DNA of 64,000 nt from Sphingobacteriaceae bacterium (GTDB lineage Bacteria; Bacteroidota; Bacteroidia; UBA7662), in assembly GCA_030682795.1 (NCBI GenBank), contig JAUXNJ010000009.1, positions 8,582 to 72,581 on the forward strand, written 5' to 3'. Under the pieces are notes generated by a model. It was not told the origin of the DNA, did no database searches, and saw only the letters and a list, made by a program, of their open reading frames with translations. Below are positions 26,331-36,816 of the stretch, in pieces; position 1 is the first letter of the stretch, and every line of letters starts with the position of its first letter. A program made the position numbers and the translations under genes.

Positions 26331-27089
26331 ATGCTCATCGACACCCACACCCACCTTTTCAGCAATCAATTCGATACCGACCGCCATGCCATGGTGCAAC
26401 GTGCCATCGATGCGGGTGTTGAACTGCTACTCCTGCCCAACATCGACCTCGAAAGTGTGGGGCCCATGCACCAACTCGAAGATGCCTTCCCGCAAAACTG
26501 CCGCAGCATGATGGGCTTGCACCCAGGCTCGGTTGAACACGACTGGCAAGAAGTACTCGAGCAGCTCCAACCCTGGTTTGGACAGCGCAATTATGTAGCT
26601 GTGGGAGAAATTGGAATTGATTTATTTTGGCGGCAGGACAATCTGCCCGAGCAACAACAAGCCTTTTTACAACAAATTGGCTGGGCCCTCGAACTCGACC
26701 TACCCGTAGTGATCCACTCGCGCGAAAGTTGCTCCCTTATCCTCGATTTATTGGGGGATATGGATGTAAAAGGCGTTTTTCACTGTTTCACAGGTAGCCA
26801 GGAAGAAGCCGACCGCATCATTGCACGGGGCATGTATGTAGGTATTGGCGGTGTAATCACCTACAAAGCCAACCAAGCCATACGAGAAGTATTAAAAAGC
26901 ATCGACCGCAGTCGCGTACTGCTCGAAACCGACAGTCCCTACCTCGCCCCCATTCCACACCGTGGCAAACGCAACGAAAGCGCCTATATGCAGCACGTAG
27001 CCGATACCTTGGCCGATTGCTGGGGCATTAGTGCGCAGGAAGTAGCGCAAATTACCACCGCCAACGCCCATAAATTGTTTGCATTATGA
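26331..27089 (+). CDS. TatD family metal-dependent hydrolase
   Basis: Start trimmed to MLIDTHTHL (ATG at 26331, 1 nt after the upstream stop). GEIGIDLFW, VIHSRES and LLETDSPYLAP motifs. Confidence 0.9.
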   Translation: MLIDTHTHLFSNQFDTDRHAMVQRAIDAGVELLLLPNIDLESVGPMHQLEDAFPQNCRSMMGLHPGSVEHDWQEVLEQLQPWFGQRNYVAVGEIGIDLFWRQDNLPEQQQAFLQQIGWALELDLPVVIHSRESCSLILDLLGDMDVKGVFHCFTGSQEEADRIIARGMYVGIGGVITYKANQAIREVLKSIDRSRVLLETDSPYLAPIPHRGKRNESAYMQHVADTLADCWGISAQEVAQITTANAHKLFAL

Positions 27090-28114
27090 GTCGGCGCATC
27101 CTCATCATCTATACTGGTGGTACCATTGGCATGATCAAAGACCCGGAAAGTGGCATTTTGCGACCTTTCGACCTCGACCGCATTTTGCAGCAGGTACCCG
27201 AGCTGAGCACCTTCGGCTATACTTTAGATGCCGAAGCATTTGCGCAACCCATCGATTCAAGCAATATGCAGCCTGCCATTTGGCTTGAACTGGCTGGTAT
27301 TATTGAAAAAAAATATGCTGCCTATGATGGCTTCGTGATTTTACATGGCAGCGATACCATGGCTTATACTGCCAGTGCCTTGAGCTTTTTGCTCGAAAAT
27401 CTCGGAAAGAGCGTGGTGCTCACCGGTTCCCAGCTACCCATAGGTCACGTGCGCACCGATGCCAAAGAAAACCTCATCACCAGCATTGAAATTGCCGCTG
27501 CCACCAAAAACGACGGATCAAGTCGTGTGCCAGAAGTATGTCTGTATTTCGATTACCAACTCTACCGGGGCAACCGGGTAATCAAGTACAATGCCGAGAA
27601 ATTTGAGGCCTTCCACTCGCCCAACCATCCTCCTTTGGCCGAAGCCGGAATCCGCATCCGCTACCATGACAATTACATTTTACCTCAGCCCCAGCAAGCT
27701 TTCAAAGTGCACCACCGCTTAGGGAGTGAGGTGGGTAGCGTTAAGCTTTTTCCGGGGATGAGTCAGGCAGTTTTTGAAGCCATACTCCAGGCACCCGAAC
27801 TGAGCTTATTAATTTTAGAAGGCTATGGTGCCGGCAATGGCCCTACTGAAGCTTGGTTCCTCCAAGGCCTGGCGCGTTTTATTCAAACGGGCAAAACGGT
27901 GATGGCCATTACCCAGTGTCACGGCGGGTCTGTGGAACTCGGCAAATATGAAACCAGCGCTAAAATGCTAGAAATTGGCGTAATCAGCGGGCATGACATA
28001 ACTTTTGAAGCTTCTGTGACGAAAGCCATGTTCCTTCTGGGACAAGGATTAAGAGGACAACAGCTTGAAAATGAGCTACAAAGACCTGTTCGAGGAGAGT
28101 TATCGAAATTTTGA
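27086..28114 (+). CDS. ansA: Type I (cytoplasmic) L-asparaginase
   Basis: ILIIYTGGTIGM catalytic-Thr motif and ILHGSDTMAYTASALSF. ATGA overlap with tatD. 342 aa. Confidence 0.85.
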   Translation: MSRRILIIYTGGTIGMIKDPESGILRPFDLDRILQQVPELSTFGYTLDAEAFAQPIDSSNMQPAIWLELAGIIEKKYAAYDGFVILHGSDTMAYTASALSFLLENLGKSVVLTGSQLPIGHVRTDAKENLITSIEIAAATKNDGSSRVPEVCLYFDYQLYRGNRVIKYNAEKFEAFHSPNHPPLAEAGIRIRYHDNYILPQPQQAFKVHHRLGSEVGSVKLFPGMSQAVFEAILQAPELSLLILEGYGAGNGPTEAWFLQGLARFIQTGKTVMAITQCHGGSVELGKYETSAKMLEIGVISGHDITFEASVTKAMFLLGQGLRGQQLENELQRPVRGELSKF

Positions 28115-28181
28115 TAAAATAGCCTTAATCCTGCGTATGTATAGAATTTTCGTATATTGGCAGCGTTATTTGAAGGTCGAA

Positions 28182-28271
28182 GGAGAGGTGTCCGAGTGGT
28201 TGAAGGAGCACGCCTGGAAAGTGTGTATACTCGAAAGGGTATCGCGGGTTCGAATCCCGCTCTCTCCGCCA
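28182..28271 (+). tRNA. tRNA-Ser (GGA)
   Basis: GGAGAGGTGTCCGAGTGGTTGAAGGAGCACGCCTGGAAAGTGTG... Anticodon loop CTGGAAA, long variable arm, T-arm GCGGGTTCGAATCCCGC and an encoded CCA. Confidence 0.95.
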
Positions 28272-28346
28272 GCGCTTTTGGCACTGAACAAGACTTACGA
28301 TTAGCATTAACAACCTGATGAAACAATCTAAAAAACAAAAGCAATT

Positions 28347-29153
28347 ATGAAAAAAGTGTTCATGGTAATGATCGCCATTATGATTGGCGTGAGTTCCACA
28401 GTAATGGTGAAAGCCCAGGACAATGCAGCCGCTAGCCCAGATCAGGAAGTGGTTGACGAGGATTCAACAGAAGAGGCGCCTGCCGAAGAAGCGGTAGAAG
28501 AAGCAGCTGCTGCTCCATCGCAAGGTATTCACTACGTAATCAAGCAAAAGTTCATTGAAGGTGGCTGGGAATGGATGAGCCCCGTATTGATTTGTTTGAT
28601 TATCGGCTTGGCAATCGTAGTTGAGCGTACCATTTTCTTGAATTTGGCCAGCACCAACACCACCAAATTGCTCGCGAAAATCGAAGATGCCATGAAATCT
28701 GGCGGTGTAGAGGCAGCAAAAGAAGTTTGTCGCAACACCCGTGGTCCGGTAGCTTCTATTTTCTACCAAGGTCTCGACCGTTCTAGCGAAGGCATCGAAA
28801 TCGTTGAAAAATCGATTGTTTCTTACGGTTCTGTGCAGATGGCACAAATGGAGCGCGGTTTGATTTGGATCTCTTTGTTTATCGCCTTGGCGCCGATGCT
28901 CGGCTTCATGGGTACGGTAGTAGGTATGATTGCTGCCTTCGACGCGATTGAAGCAGCTGGCGACATCAGCCCATCACTCGTAGCCGGTGGTATTAAAGTG
29001 GCCCTCTTAACCACAGTAGCTGGTTTGATCGTAGCCGTTATCCTCCAAATTTTCTACAACTACCTCGTATCTAAAGTCGACAGCTTGGTAAACGCAATGG
29101 AAGATGCTTCTATTTCGTTGATCGATATCCTCGTTAAGTACAACAAAAACTAA
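28347..29153 (+). CDS. exbB: MotA/TolQ/ExbB proton-channel family protein
   Basis: Signal peptide plus an acidic Ala/Glu-rich linker, then three TM helices with the ExbB-type LGFMGTVVGMI segment. 268 aa. Confidence 0.85.
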   Translation: MKKVFMVMIAIMIGVSSTVMVKAQDNAAASPDQEVVDEDSTEEAPAEEAVEEAAAAPSQGIHYVIKQKFIEGGWEWMSPVLICLIIGLAIVVERTIFLNLASTNTTKLLAKIEDAMKSGGVEAAKEVCRNTRGPVASIFYQGLDRSSEGIEIVEKSIVSYGSVQMAQMERGLIWISLFIALAPMLGFMGTVVGMIAAFDAIEAAGDISPSLVAGGIKVALLTTVAGLIVAVILQIFYNYLVSKVDSLVNAMEDASISLIDILVKYNKN

Positions 29154-29161
29154 GGATAGCC

Positions 29162-29491
29162 ATGACTGACGTAACTGTAAACATACTACTCATCATCACC
29201 TACGTCCTTTTGGGCATAGGTGCCCTGGGTGCCATCATTTTCCCTATCATCAACATGGCTGGCGATTTGCAAAAAGCAAAGCGTGCCTTGGTTGGTATTG
29301 GTGGTGTGGCTGTTGTGTTTCTCTTCAGCTACCTGGCATCGAGCAATGAAGTGCTCGATTCATACGTAAAGTATAATGTGACTGAAAGCTCGTCGCAAAT
29401 GATTGGTGCAGTATTGATCATGATGTATACCCTCGGTTTGGGTTCGATCATACTGGCTGTAATCGGCGAGATTTATAAAGCATTCAAGTAA
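29162..29491 (+). CDS. Small integral membrane protein of the exb operon
   Basis: 109 aa with three predicted TM helices, wedged between exbB and exbD with 8-nt and 1-nt gaps. Confidence 0.6.
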   Translation: MTDVTVNILLIITYVLLGIGALGAIIFPIINMAGDLQKAKRALVGIGGVAVVFLFSYLASSNEVLDSYVKYNVTESSSQMIGAVLIMMYTLGLGSIILAVIGEIYKAFK

Positions 29492-29492
29492 A

Positions 29493-30041
29493 ATGAAGAA
29501 AAACAGAGCAACACCCGAAGTAAACGCAGGTTCGATGGCGGACATCGCCTTCCTGTTGCTGATTTTCTTTTTGGTAACTACTACCATCGACACCGATAAG
29601 GGTATCTCGATTCGCCTCCCACCTATGCCGGAACCGAATCAGCCTGAGAACAACATCAAACTCAAAGAGCGCAATGTGCTCAAGATTTTGGTTAACTCGG
29701 CAGATCAATTGCTGGTAGATGGCAAATTGGTAACCATCAAAGAGCTTAAAAAGACGACCAAAAACTTCATTGATAATCCTGCTCAAGATCCAGATTTGGC
29801 AGAAACCCCACAAAAGGCGGTAATTTCCTTAAAAAATGACCGGGGCACTTCTTACAACATTTATATCCAAGTGCACAATGAGTTAAAGGCCGCTTATAAT
29901 GAGCTACGCGAAGCCAAAGCACAGGCAGAATATGGCCGACCATTAGATAAATTAACCCAGGAACAAGCTGATGAGATCCGCGATTATTATCGCCAGGTAA
30001 TTTCAGAGGCCGAGCCAGAAGATGCAGGAGGAGGTAACTAA
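29493..30041 (+). CDS. exbD: ExbD/TolR family biopolymer transport protein
   Basis: N-terminal EVNAGSMADIAFLLLIFFLVTT is the typical ExbD TM segment. 182 aa. Confidence 0.85.
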   Translation: MKKNRATPEVNAGSMADIAFLLLIFFLVTTTIDTDKGISIRLPPMPEPNQPENNIKLKERNVLKILVNSADQLLVDGKLVTIKELKKTTKNFIDNPAQDPDLAETPQKAVISLKNDRGTSYNIYIQVHNELKAAYNELREAKAQAEYGRPLDKLTQEQADEIRDYYRQVISEAEPEDAGGGN

Positions 30042-30508
30042 TGAAACTACAGAAGAAAAAGAAAGCAGCACCAGCCATTAATACTTCGTCGCTACCCGAC
30101 ATTGTATTCATGTTGTTGTTCTTCTTCATGGTAACAACCGTGTTGCGCCAAACCGACTTAAAGGTGAAACTGGTAGTTCCTCAAGCTACTGAAATCCAAA
30201 AATTGGAGAAAAAGTCACTTGTTAGCTACATCTACATTGGTCCGCCTAGTGAAACCTTTCGTTCTAAATTTGGTACCGCACCGCGCATACAGCTAAACGA
30301 TGCTTTTGCCATTCCAAGCCAAGTGCCAGAATTCATTGAAAAAGAACGTTCAGCCAGATCAGAAGCGGAAGTTCCCTTCCTCACAACCTCTATTAAGGCT
30401 GATAGAGAAACAAAAATGGGTATCGTAACCGATGTAAAACAAGAGTTGCGCAAAGCAAATGCCCTGAAGCTGAACTACTCTTCAAGTTTAAGAACAGAAG
30501 TGTATTAA
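30041..30508 (+). CDS. exbD: ExbD/TolR family protein (second copy)
   Basis: INTSSLPDIVFMLLFFFMVTT TM segment. TAATG overlap with the first exbD. 155 aa. Confidence 0.85.
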   Translation: MKLQKKKKAAPAINTSSLPDIVFMLLFFFMVTTVLRQTDLKVKLVVPQATEIQKLEKKSLVSYIYIGPPSETFRSKFGTAPRIQLNDAFAIPSQVPEFIEKERSARSEAEVPFLTTSIKADRETKMGIVTDVKQELRKANALKLNYSSSLRTEVY

Positions 30509-30528
30509 GTGCGCTCCTAAATTAAGAA

Positions 30529-30552
30529 CCTCGCCTCGTGCGGGGTTTTTTT
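30529..30552 (+). terminator. Rho-independent terminator after the exb operon
   Basis: Stem CCTCGC/GCGGGG (one G-T pair) with a 5-nt loop, followed by T7. Confidence 0.55.
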
Positions 30553-30599
30553 ATGCTTATACATCCCATTTTCGGCTATCTTAGCGCAGCGAAATCCTC

Positions 30600-31571
30600 A
30601 TGAGTACTCTCGACCAAATTAGGCAACCGGTAGCCAAGGAAATGGATTTGTTTGAAGACAAATTCAAAACCGCTATGCAAAGCAGGGTGCCGCTGCTCGA
30701 TCGCATTACCCGCTATATTGTAAAGCGTAAAGGCAAGCAAATTCGGCCTCTTTTTGTGTTTTTATCAGCAGGCATGCTTGCCGAAATCTCTGAAGCTACC
30801 CACCGCGGTGCAGCCTTAGTAGAGTTGCTCCATACCGCCACCTTGGTGCACGACGATGTAGTGGATGATGCTTACGAACGTCGAGGCTTTTTTAGCATCA
30901 ATGCCCTTTGGAAGAATAAAATTGCCGTTTTGGTGGGTGATTACCTCCTGAGTAAAGGACTGTTGCTATCGCTGCAAAATAAAGAGTTTCACTTGCTTGA
31001 AATCACCTCCGATGCCGTACGCCGCATGAGCGAAGGTGAGCTCTTGCAGATAGAAAAGGCACGTAGACTCGACATCACGGAAGAAGTTTACTTTGAAATC
31101 ATCTCCAATAAAACCGCGAGTTTAATTGCCAGCTGTTGCGCCGTTGGAGTGGCATCAGTTAATCAAGAAGCAGACCTCATTGAACGCGCCCGCCAATTCG
31201 GTGAAAAAGTAGGCTTGGCCTTTCAAATCAAGGACGACCTATTGGATTTAGGTGATGACCCCACAGGCAAAACCAAGGGGGTTGACATCAAGGAGAAAAA
31301 AATGACCCTGCCTCTCATTTATGCCTTGTCGAAATGTGAAAGCTCGGAAAAACGTCGCATCATCAGCATCATCAAAAACCATAACGAAAACCCCAAAAAG
31401 GTAGCAGAAGTAGTCCGTTTTATTCATGAAAGCGGCGGCATTGCCTATGCACATGAAGTGATGCGTAAATTACAAGCCGAGGCAGATGCACTCTTGATGG
31501 GATTCCCCAATAATGTATTTCGAGAAAGCCTGCAGCAATTGGTAGCCTTTACGGTAGACCGTAATAAGTAG
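30600..31571 (+). CDS. Polyprenyl diphosphate synthase (long-chain, IspB-like)
   Basis: First DDxxD motif LVHDDVVDD and second FQIKDDLLD. 323 aa. Confidence 0.9.
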   Translation: MSTLDQIRQPVAKEMDLFEDKFKTAMQSRVPLLDRITRYIVKRKGKQIRPLFVFLSAGMLAEISEATHRGAALVELLHTATLVHDDVVDDAYERRGFFSINALWKNKIAVLVGDYLLSKGLLLSLQNKEFHLLEITSDAVRRMSEGELLQIEKARRLDITEEVYFEIISNKTASLIASCCAVGVASVNQEADLIERARQFGEKVGLAFQIKDDLLDLGDDPTGKTKGVDIKEKKMTLPLIYALSKCESSEKRRIISIIKNHNENPKKVAEVVRFIHESGGIAYAHEVMRKLQAEADALLMGFPNNVFRESLQQLVAFTVDRNK

Positions 31572-31572
31572 G

Positions 31573-33093
31573 TTATTGCGCTAGCTGGATAAAAGCCAAA
31601 ATGTCTTCCACAAACTTGCGTTCGTTGGCCAAACGAGGCACTTTGTTTTGTCCACCTAATTTCCCGCGCTTCTTCATCCAATCATAAAAAGTGCCATCCG
31701 GCATCACGCGTACAATGGGAGCTATCAAAGCAAGATCCTTTTGCCGCTTGGCATCGTAATCAGAGTTGAGTTCACGGAGCTTTTGGTCAAGTAAACTGTT
31801 AAACAATTCTTGGTCAGAAGGCTTTTGTTCAAACTCTATAAGCCACTCGTGCCCACCTTTGGTACCTGCAGTTAGAAACACAGGACCAGCGGTATAGTCA
31901 CGGATAGTTGCCCCGGTAGCCAAACAAGCCGTTTGCAGTGCTCCTTCGGCATTTTCAATAATCAATTCTTCTCCAAAGGCATTGATAAAGTGCTTTGTTC
32001 TACCTGAAATTTGGAAGCGGAATGGGTTGAGGCTTGTAAAACGTATAGTGTCCCCGATGAGGTATCGCCATAAGCCAGCGTTGGTACTGATGATAACCGC
32101 ATAATTTCGATCCGCCTCTACTTCTTCTAAATTATAAGTTTTCGGAAATGCCTGTCCCACATCTGCCGGATCCATAAATTCGAAATAAATACCGTAATCT
32201 AGCATGAGCAGCATTTCGGAAGAGCCTGGCTGATCGGTGATGCCAAAAAATCCTTCGGAGGCATTGTAAGTCTCCATGTACCACATTTTCTCTGAAGGAA
32301 TGAGCGCTTTAAACTGCTCACGATAGGGCGCAAAACTCACACCTCCATGGAAATATACTTCGAGGTTGGGCCAGATTTCAAGCATGTTAGATTTGCCCGT
32401 ATGTTCCAGCATCCATTTAAATAGCACAATTAACCAGGTGGGTACGCCGGCCAAATTGGTCACATCCTGATTGAGCGTTTCGCGGCCAATTTTTATCACC
32501 TTGTCTTCCCAATTTTCGAGCAAAGCCACCGAAAGCTCCGGGGTACGAATAAATTCAGCCCAAAAAGGTAGGTTTTGCATCAAAACAGCCGACAAATCGC
32601 CATAATAGCTGTCGCTGTTGAGTTGGTTGATTTGGTGACTACCGCCAATGGTAAGTCCTTTGCCCGAAAACATTTGGGTGTCGGGATTCAGGTTGCAGTA
32701 GATAGAAAGGAGGTCTTTGGTGCCTTTGTAGTGGCAGTCTTCCAACGCCTCCTCCGTAACAGGAATAAATTTACTGCGATCGTTAGTGGTGCCCGAAGAT
32801 TTGGCAAACCAGCGTACCTCTGATGGCCACAGCACCTGTTGCTCGCCGCGCATTAAGCGCTCAATGTAAGGTTGCAGTTGTTCGTAAGTACTTACCGGCA
32901 CCCGCTCACGATAGTCTTCTGCTGTTTTAATGCTGCTGTATTCGTATTTCTTGCCCCACTCGGTGTATTTAGCACTGCTCAATAGCTTCCGAAGTACCTC
33001 TTGTTGCACTTCAATAGGATACTTAATGAACAATTCCATTTGGTGCATGCGCTTCTTCATGAACCAGCTAAGCACCGAGTTGAGTACAGACAT
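31573..33093 (-). CDS. GH3 (auxin-responsive promoter) family acyl-acid amido synthetase-like protein
   Basis: 506 aa. FAKSSGTTNDRSKFIPVT (an adenylate-forming P-loop-like SSGTT motif) and the overall length and pattern of bacterial GH3 proteins. Confidence 0.8.
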   Translation of the reverse strand: MSVLNSVLSWFMKKRMHQMELFIKYPIEVQQEVLRKLLSSAKYTEWGKKYEYSSIKTAEDYRERVPVSTYEQLQPYIERLMRGEQQVLWPSEVRWFAKSSGTTNDRSKFIPVTEEALEDCHYKGTKDLLSIYCNLNPDTQMFSGKGLTIGGSHQINQLNSDSYYGDLSAVLMQNLPFWAEFIRTPELSVALLENWEDKVIKIGRETLNQDVTNLAGVPTWLIVLFKWMLEHTGKSNMLEIWPNLEVYFHGGVSFAPYREQFKALIPSEKMWYMETYNASEGFFGITDQPGSSEMLLMLDYGIYFEFMDPADVGQAFPKTYNLEEVEADRNYAVIISTNAGLWRYLIGDTIRFTSLNPFRFQISGRTKHFINAFGEELIIENAEGALQTACLATGATIRDYTAGPVFLTAGTKGGHEWLIEFEQKPSDQELFNSLLDQKLRELNSDYDAKRQKDLALIAPIVRVMPDGTFYDWMKKRGKLGGQNKVPRLANERKFVEDILAFIQLAQ

Positions 33094-33094
33094 G

Positions 33095-33832
33095 CTATTC
33101 GAGTACTTTACGTTTGAGTTCGAAATTCTTACCCAAATATAACTTTCTTACTTGTTCATCAGCCGCTAAATCTTCAGCTACCCCTGAGCGCAGTATTTTC
33201 CCTTCAAACAGGAGATAAGCCTTATCGGTAATCGACAAAGTTTCATTTACGTTGTGGTCGGTTATAAGAATACCAATATTTCGCTTTTTGAGTCTGAAAA
33301 TAATGGTTTGGATGTCTTCCACCGCAATCGGATCGACCCCCGCAAAAGGCTCATCTAGCAAAATAAATGCTGGATTTACGGCCAAGGCCCGGGCAATTTC
33401 AGTCCGGCGGCGTTCACCCCCCGATAGCACCTCTCCTTTGTTGTGCCGCACATGGTGCAGGTTAAATTCCGATAACAGTTCCTCTAATTTGGCATTTTGC
33501 TCGGCTTTGGTCATTTTGGTCATTTCCATCACCGCTTTGATGTTTTCTTCTACCGTTAGCTTTCTGAAAACAGAGGCTTCTTGCGGTAAATAACCAATGC
33601 CTATTTGAGCACGCTTGTACATGGGCAAGTCTGTGATGTTTTTATCATCAAGATATACCGCACCTTCATCGCACTTTACCAAACCCACAATCATGTAAAA
33701 ACTGGTGGTTTTACCGGCACCGTTGGGCCCTAACAAACCTACAATTTGGCCTTGTTCTACGCTCACGCTCACATGGTCAACCACCGTGCGCTTCTTGTAG
33801 CGCTTTACCAAATTGTCGGATCGTAATATCAT
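33095..33832 (-). CDS. lptB: LPS export ABC transporter ATP-binding protein
   Basis: [12 protein letters not shown] Walker [16 protein letters not shown] signature, [12 protein letters not shown] Walker B. 245 aa. Confidence 0.9.
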   Translation of the reverse strand: MILRSDNLVKRYKKRTVVDHVSVSVEQGQIVGLLGPNGAGKTTSFYMIVGLVKCDEGAVYLDDKNITDLPMYKRAQIGIGYLPQEASVFRKLTVEENIKAVMEMTKMTKAEQNAKLEELLSEFNLHHVRHNKGEVLSGGERRRTEIARALAVNPAFILLDEPFAGVDPIAVEDIQTIIFRLKKRNIGILITDHNVNETLSITDKAYLLFEGKILRSGVAEDLAADEQVRKLYLGKNFELKRKVLE

Positions 33833-33833
33833 G

Positions 33834-35531
33834 CTAGTCGAATTTGATGTCTTTGATGTTCAACTTGATGCTGGTTACCCCACGCCACGTATTCTCCTCA
33901 ATGGTAAAGGCGATGTTAAAAGGAATACCCTTCGAAATCAGGGGATAATGTTCGGCATGACCAAAAGCAATGGCGCTGAAAGCCACGCTGCCATCTTGCT
34001 GCACGCTGATTTGGAGATGATTTTCGCCCACTACCCGAACAAAACCATTGCTGAACACCATTTTTGCTGTAAAGATGGGCTGCATATTGCCAGGACCAAA
34101 AGGCGCAAACTGCTTCAGCACCCTGAAAAAGCGCGAATTTATGTCTTTAAGCTGTATTTCCTGATCAATTTCGAGCACAGGCACCAATTGCTCCTCACGA
34201 ATAGAGCGACTCACTACCATCTCAAATTTCTTCGAAAAAGCCTCAATATTTTCTTCACGCAGGGTGAGACCCGCAGCATACTTGTGGCCACCAAACTGAT
34301 CTACCAATTCGGCACACTGCGAAATGGCATCGTGTATATCGAAGCCATTTACTGAACGGGCCGAGCCGGTTAAAAACCCATCGGAATGACTAAATACAAT
34401 GGTTGGACGGTAATACTGCTCCACCAAACGTGAGGCTACAATGCCAATAACGCCTTTGTGCCAATTGGGACCATAAACCACTGTGGTTTTGCGACTCAAA
34501 AAGTCTTCATGCGCCTCGGCTACTAAAATCGCCTCACGAGTAATATTTGCGTCCACATCGCGGCGGTCGGTATTGGTTTCATTGATGGTTTGTGCGCGAC
34601 TTTCGGCCTCCTGCATATTAGGACTCAGTAGCAATTCCACCGCATTTTTAGCATCCCCCATTCTGCCCGCCGCATTGATGCGTGGGGCAATGGTGAATAC
34701 GATATCGGTAATGGTGAGCTCCTTTTTGTCGCAACACAATTGGATGATGGCCCGCAGTCCCATGGTAGGGTTTTCGTTGAGCTTTTTCAAACCAAAATGC
34801 GTGAGAATGCGGTTTTCACCTAAAATGGGCACAATGTCGGCCGCAATACTCACCGCCAACAAATCGAGCGTTTGATAAATAAACTCCGGATCTATTTCGT
34901 GCCGCAAACTAAAGGCTTGGGTAAGCTTGAAGCCAATGCCACAACCACTCAAATCTTTAAAAGGATAAGGGCAGTCGTGCTGCTTGGGATTTAAAATGGC
35001 AGCTGCATCTGGCAACTCAGCAGGTAAGTGGTGGTCGGTAATGATCACCGTTAAGCCCAAGCTGTTGGCATAGGCCACTTGCTCGTTGGCAGTAATGCCG
35101 CAATCGAGGGTAATGATGAGTTTGTACTCGTTTTCTACCGCCCAATCAATGGCCTGCATCGAAACACCGTAGCCTTCGCTATGCCGATCGGGAATGTAGT
35201 AGCCTACCTGCTCATAAATGTGTTTGAAAAAGCGATAGGTCACCGCCACCGCCGTAGTGCCATCCACGTCATAATCCCCGTAAATGAGAATTTTATCCTG
35301 GTTACGGATGGCTTGCTCTATGATATCCACCGCCTTGCCCATGTCCTTCATCAAAAAAGGATCGTGCAAATTGGCCAATTCTGGTCTAAAAAAATCTTTT
35401 GCAGCTTCGAAAGTGCTCACACCTCGTCCGATCAGCAAACGCGCAATCAAAGGATCCACATTTATAGCCGCTGCTAATTGGCTCACTGCTTCCTCTTGTT
35501 GCCTAGGCCTATATACCCATCGTTTGTCCAT
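33834..35531 (-). CDS. recJ: Single-stranded-DNA-specific exonuclease RecJ
   Basis: DHH motifs ([23 protein letters not shown]) and the DHHA1 motif GGHKYAAG. 565 aa. Confidence 0.95.
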   Translation of the reverse strand: MDKRWVYRPRQQEEAVSQLAAAINVDPLIARLLIGRGVSTFEAAKDFFRPELANLHDPFLMKDMGKAVDIIEQAIRNQDKILIYGDYDVDGTTAVAVTYRFFKHIYEQVGYYIPDRHSEGYGVSMQAIDWAVENEYKLIITLDCGITANEQVAYANSLGLTVIITDHHLPAELPDAAAILNPKQHDCPYPFKDLSGCGIGFKLTQAFSLRHEIDPEFIYQTLDLLAVSIAADIVPILGENRILTHFGLKKLNENPTMGLRAIIQLCCDKKELTITDIVFTIAPRINAAGRMGDAKNAVELLLSPNMQEAESRAQTINETNTDRRDVDANITREAILVAEAHEDFLSRKTTVVYGPNWHKGVIGIVASRLVEQYYRPTIVFSHSDGFLTGSARSVNGFDIHDAISQCAELVDQFGGHKYAAGLTLREENIEAFSKKFEMVVSRSIREEQLVPVLEIDQEIQLKDINSRFFRVLKQFAPFGPGNMQPIFTAKMVFSNGFVRVVGENHLQISVQQDGSVAFSAIAFGHAEHYPLISKGIPFNIAFTIEENTWRGVTSIKLNIKDIKFD

Positions 35532-35689
35532 AACTCCTCTCTATCAGCGTTTTATCAATTGTACTTTTTCTCAAAGCACGAACCCTAAAGATACATAAGT
35601 CCACGACATTTTTATCTCTCGTTTTGCGCATCCTTTTTCACTTTCCGACCATCAGCAATTGGGCTGAATGGGCGTCCGCTTCAATCTCT

Positions 35690-35697
35690 TATCTTTG
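35690..35697 (+). promoter_or_regulatory. Candidate -7 box (TATCTTTG)
   Basis: TAnnTTTG 13 nt upstream of the ATG at 35711. It supports the trimmed start. Confidence 0.4.
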
Positions 35698-35710
35698 TAA
35701 AAAAGCGCTC

Positions 35711-36115
35711 ATGTTACTCAATATCGAACACATTGGCATTGCTGTTAAGTCGCTCCCCGATGCCAATGCCCTTTATACACGTCTTTTAGGTGTAGCCCCA
35801 TACAAGGAAGAAAGCGTGGCTTCCGAGCACGTAACCACCTCTTTTTTCAAAACCGGGGAAACCAAAATTGAGTTGTTGCAGGCCAGCGACCCGAACAGCG
35901 CCATCGCCAAATTTATAGAAAAGAAGGGCGAAGGCATTCATCACATTGCCTTTGAGGTAAGCGACATCCGTGCAGAAATGGCCCGGTTGCAGGCGGAAGG
36001 CTTTATTTTGCTTAACGAGGAGCCCAAAAGAGGTGCCGATAACAAGCTTGTTTGTTTCATACACCCCAAAAGTGCCCAAGGGGTTTTGGTAGAGCTTTGC
36101 CAGGAAATAAAGTAG
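35711..36115 (+). CDS. mce: Methylmalonyl-CoA epimerase (VOC family)
   Basis: MLLNIEHIGIAVKSL...GEGIHHIAFEV...FIHPKSAQGVLVELCQ is the typical MCE pattern. 134 aa after trimming. Confidence 0.8.
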   Translation: MLLNIEHIGIAVKSLPDANALYTRLLGVAPYKEESVASEHVTTSFFKTGETKIELLQASDPNSAIAKFIEKKGEGIHHIAFEVSDIRAEMARLQAEGFILLNEEPKRGADNKLVCFIHPKSAQGVLVELCQEIK

Positions 36116-36122
36116 CAGGCTG

Positions 36123-36680
36123 TTATTGGAATTCGAAGGTATTAGCAGGCAGACTACCGGCCTTAAAATCCATCAACTTTCCTTCGATGAGCACCGTTTG
36201 TTTAGGGCCTTTAATTTGCCACTGCATCAATACCCCGTCGGCTGGTAAAAAGCCCCAATAATCGCCTTGAATGGGTGTGATCAACTGATTGTGCTTCACT
36301 TTTAAAGCGGTAGTAAACCAGCCCGTAAACTCTGAGCCATCTTTCAAAGTAAAGCGAAACTCTTGCGCTTCCATGCCCGCCATGAGGCGCTTTTGGCCTG
36401 TTAAGTTCATTTTAGGGGCAACTACCGCTCTTATCTCTGTACGAGTAGGTTTGGCTTCGCCTTTTGCCCAAGCCATTAATTGCCCATCGGTTTGGTATAC
36501 GTAATGCAGTACTTGGGCCTCTTTGCGGGTAATGTGTACCCGATTGGCTTCGAGCTGCAGCACAATTTCTGCCGTGCTTCCGCCCATTTTTTGCTCATAC
36601 GTGAGGGTTCCTTCAAACGACTGCGCTTGAGCTGCAATGGTGAATATCAACAACTGGACAAATACTATTAGCTGCTTCAT
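36123..36680 (-). CDS. Hypothetical secreted protein (DUF4412/LolA-like size and pattern)
   Basis: Start trimmed to MKQLIVFVQLLIFTIAAQAQ (signal peptide). 185 aa. Function unknown. Confidence 0.5.
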   Translation of the reverse strand: MKQLIVFVQLLIFTIAAQAQSFEGTLTYEQKMGGSTAEIVLQLEANRVHITRKEAQVLHYVYQTDGQLMAWAKGEAKPTRTEIRAVVAPKMNLTGQKRLMAGMEAQEFRFTLKDGSEFTGWFTTALKVKHNQLITPIQGDYWGFLPADGVLMQWQIKGPKQTVLIEGKLMDFKAGSLPANTFEFQ

Positions 36681-36816
36681 CTGTGAGGGAATTGAAAACA
36701 CTAATGTCTGCTTTTCGCGCTTACTTTGCAAATGTCTTTTTAAGAAGTGTTTCACCATCCCCAAAAACAAAAAAGCCGTTACCACCTGAGCAGTAACGGC
36801 TTTGAAGAAAACAATT

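Noticed and set aside
27919-28344. Minus-strand 141-aa and 62-aa ORFs, and a plus-strand 79-aa ORF, spanning 28065-28344
   Set aside because: They run through the tRNA-Ser (GGA) gene at 28182-28271 and the asparaginase 3' end. The tRNA cloverleaf explains the region.
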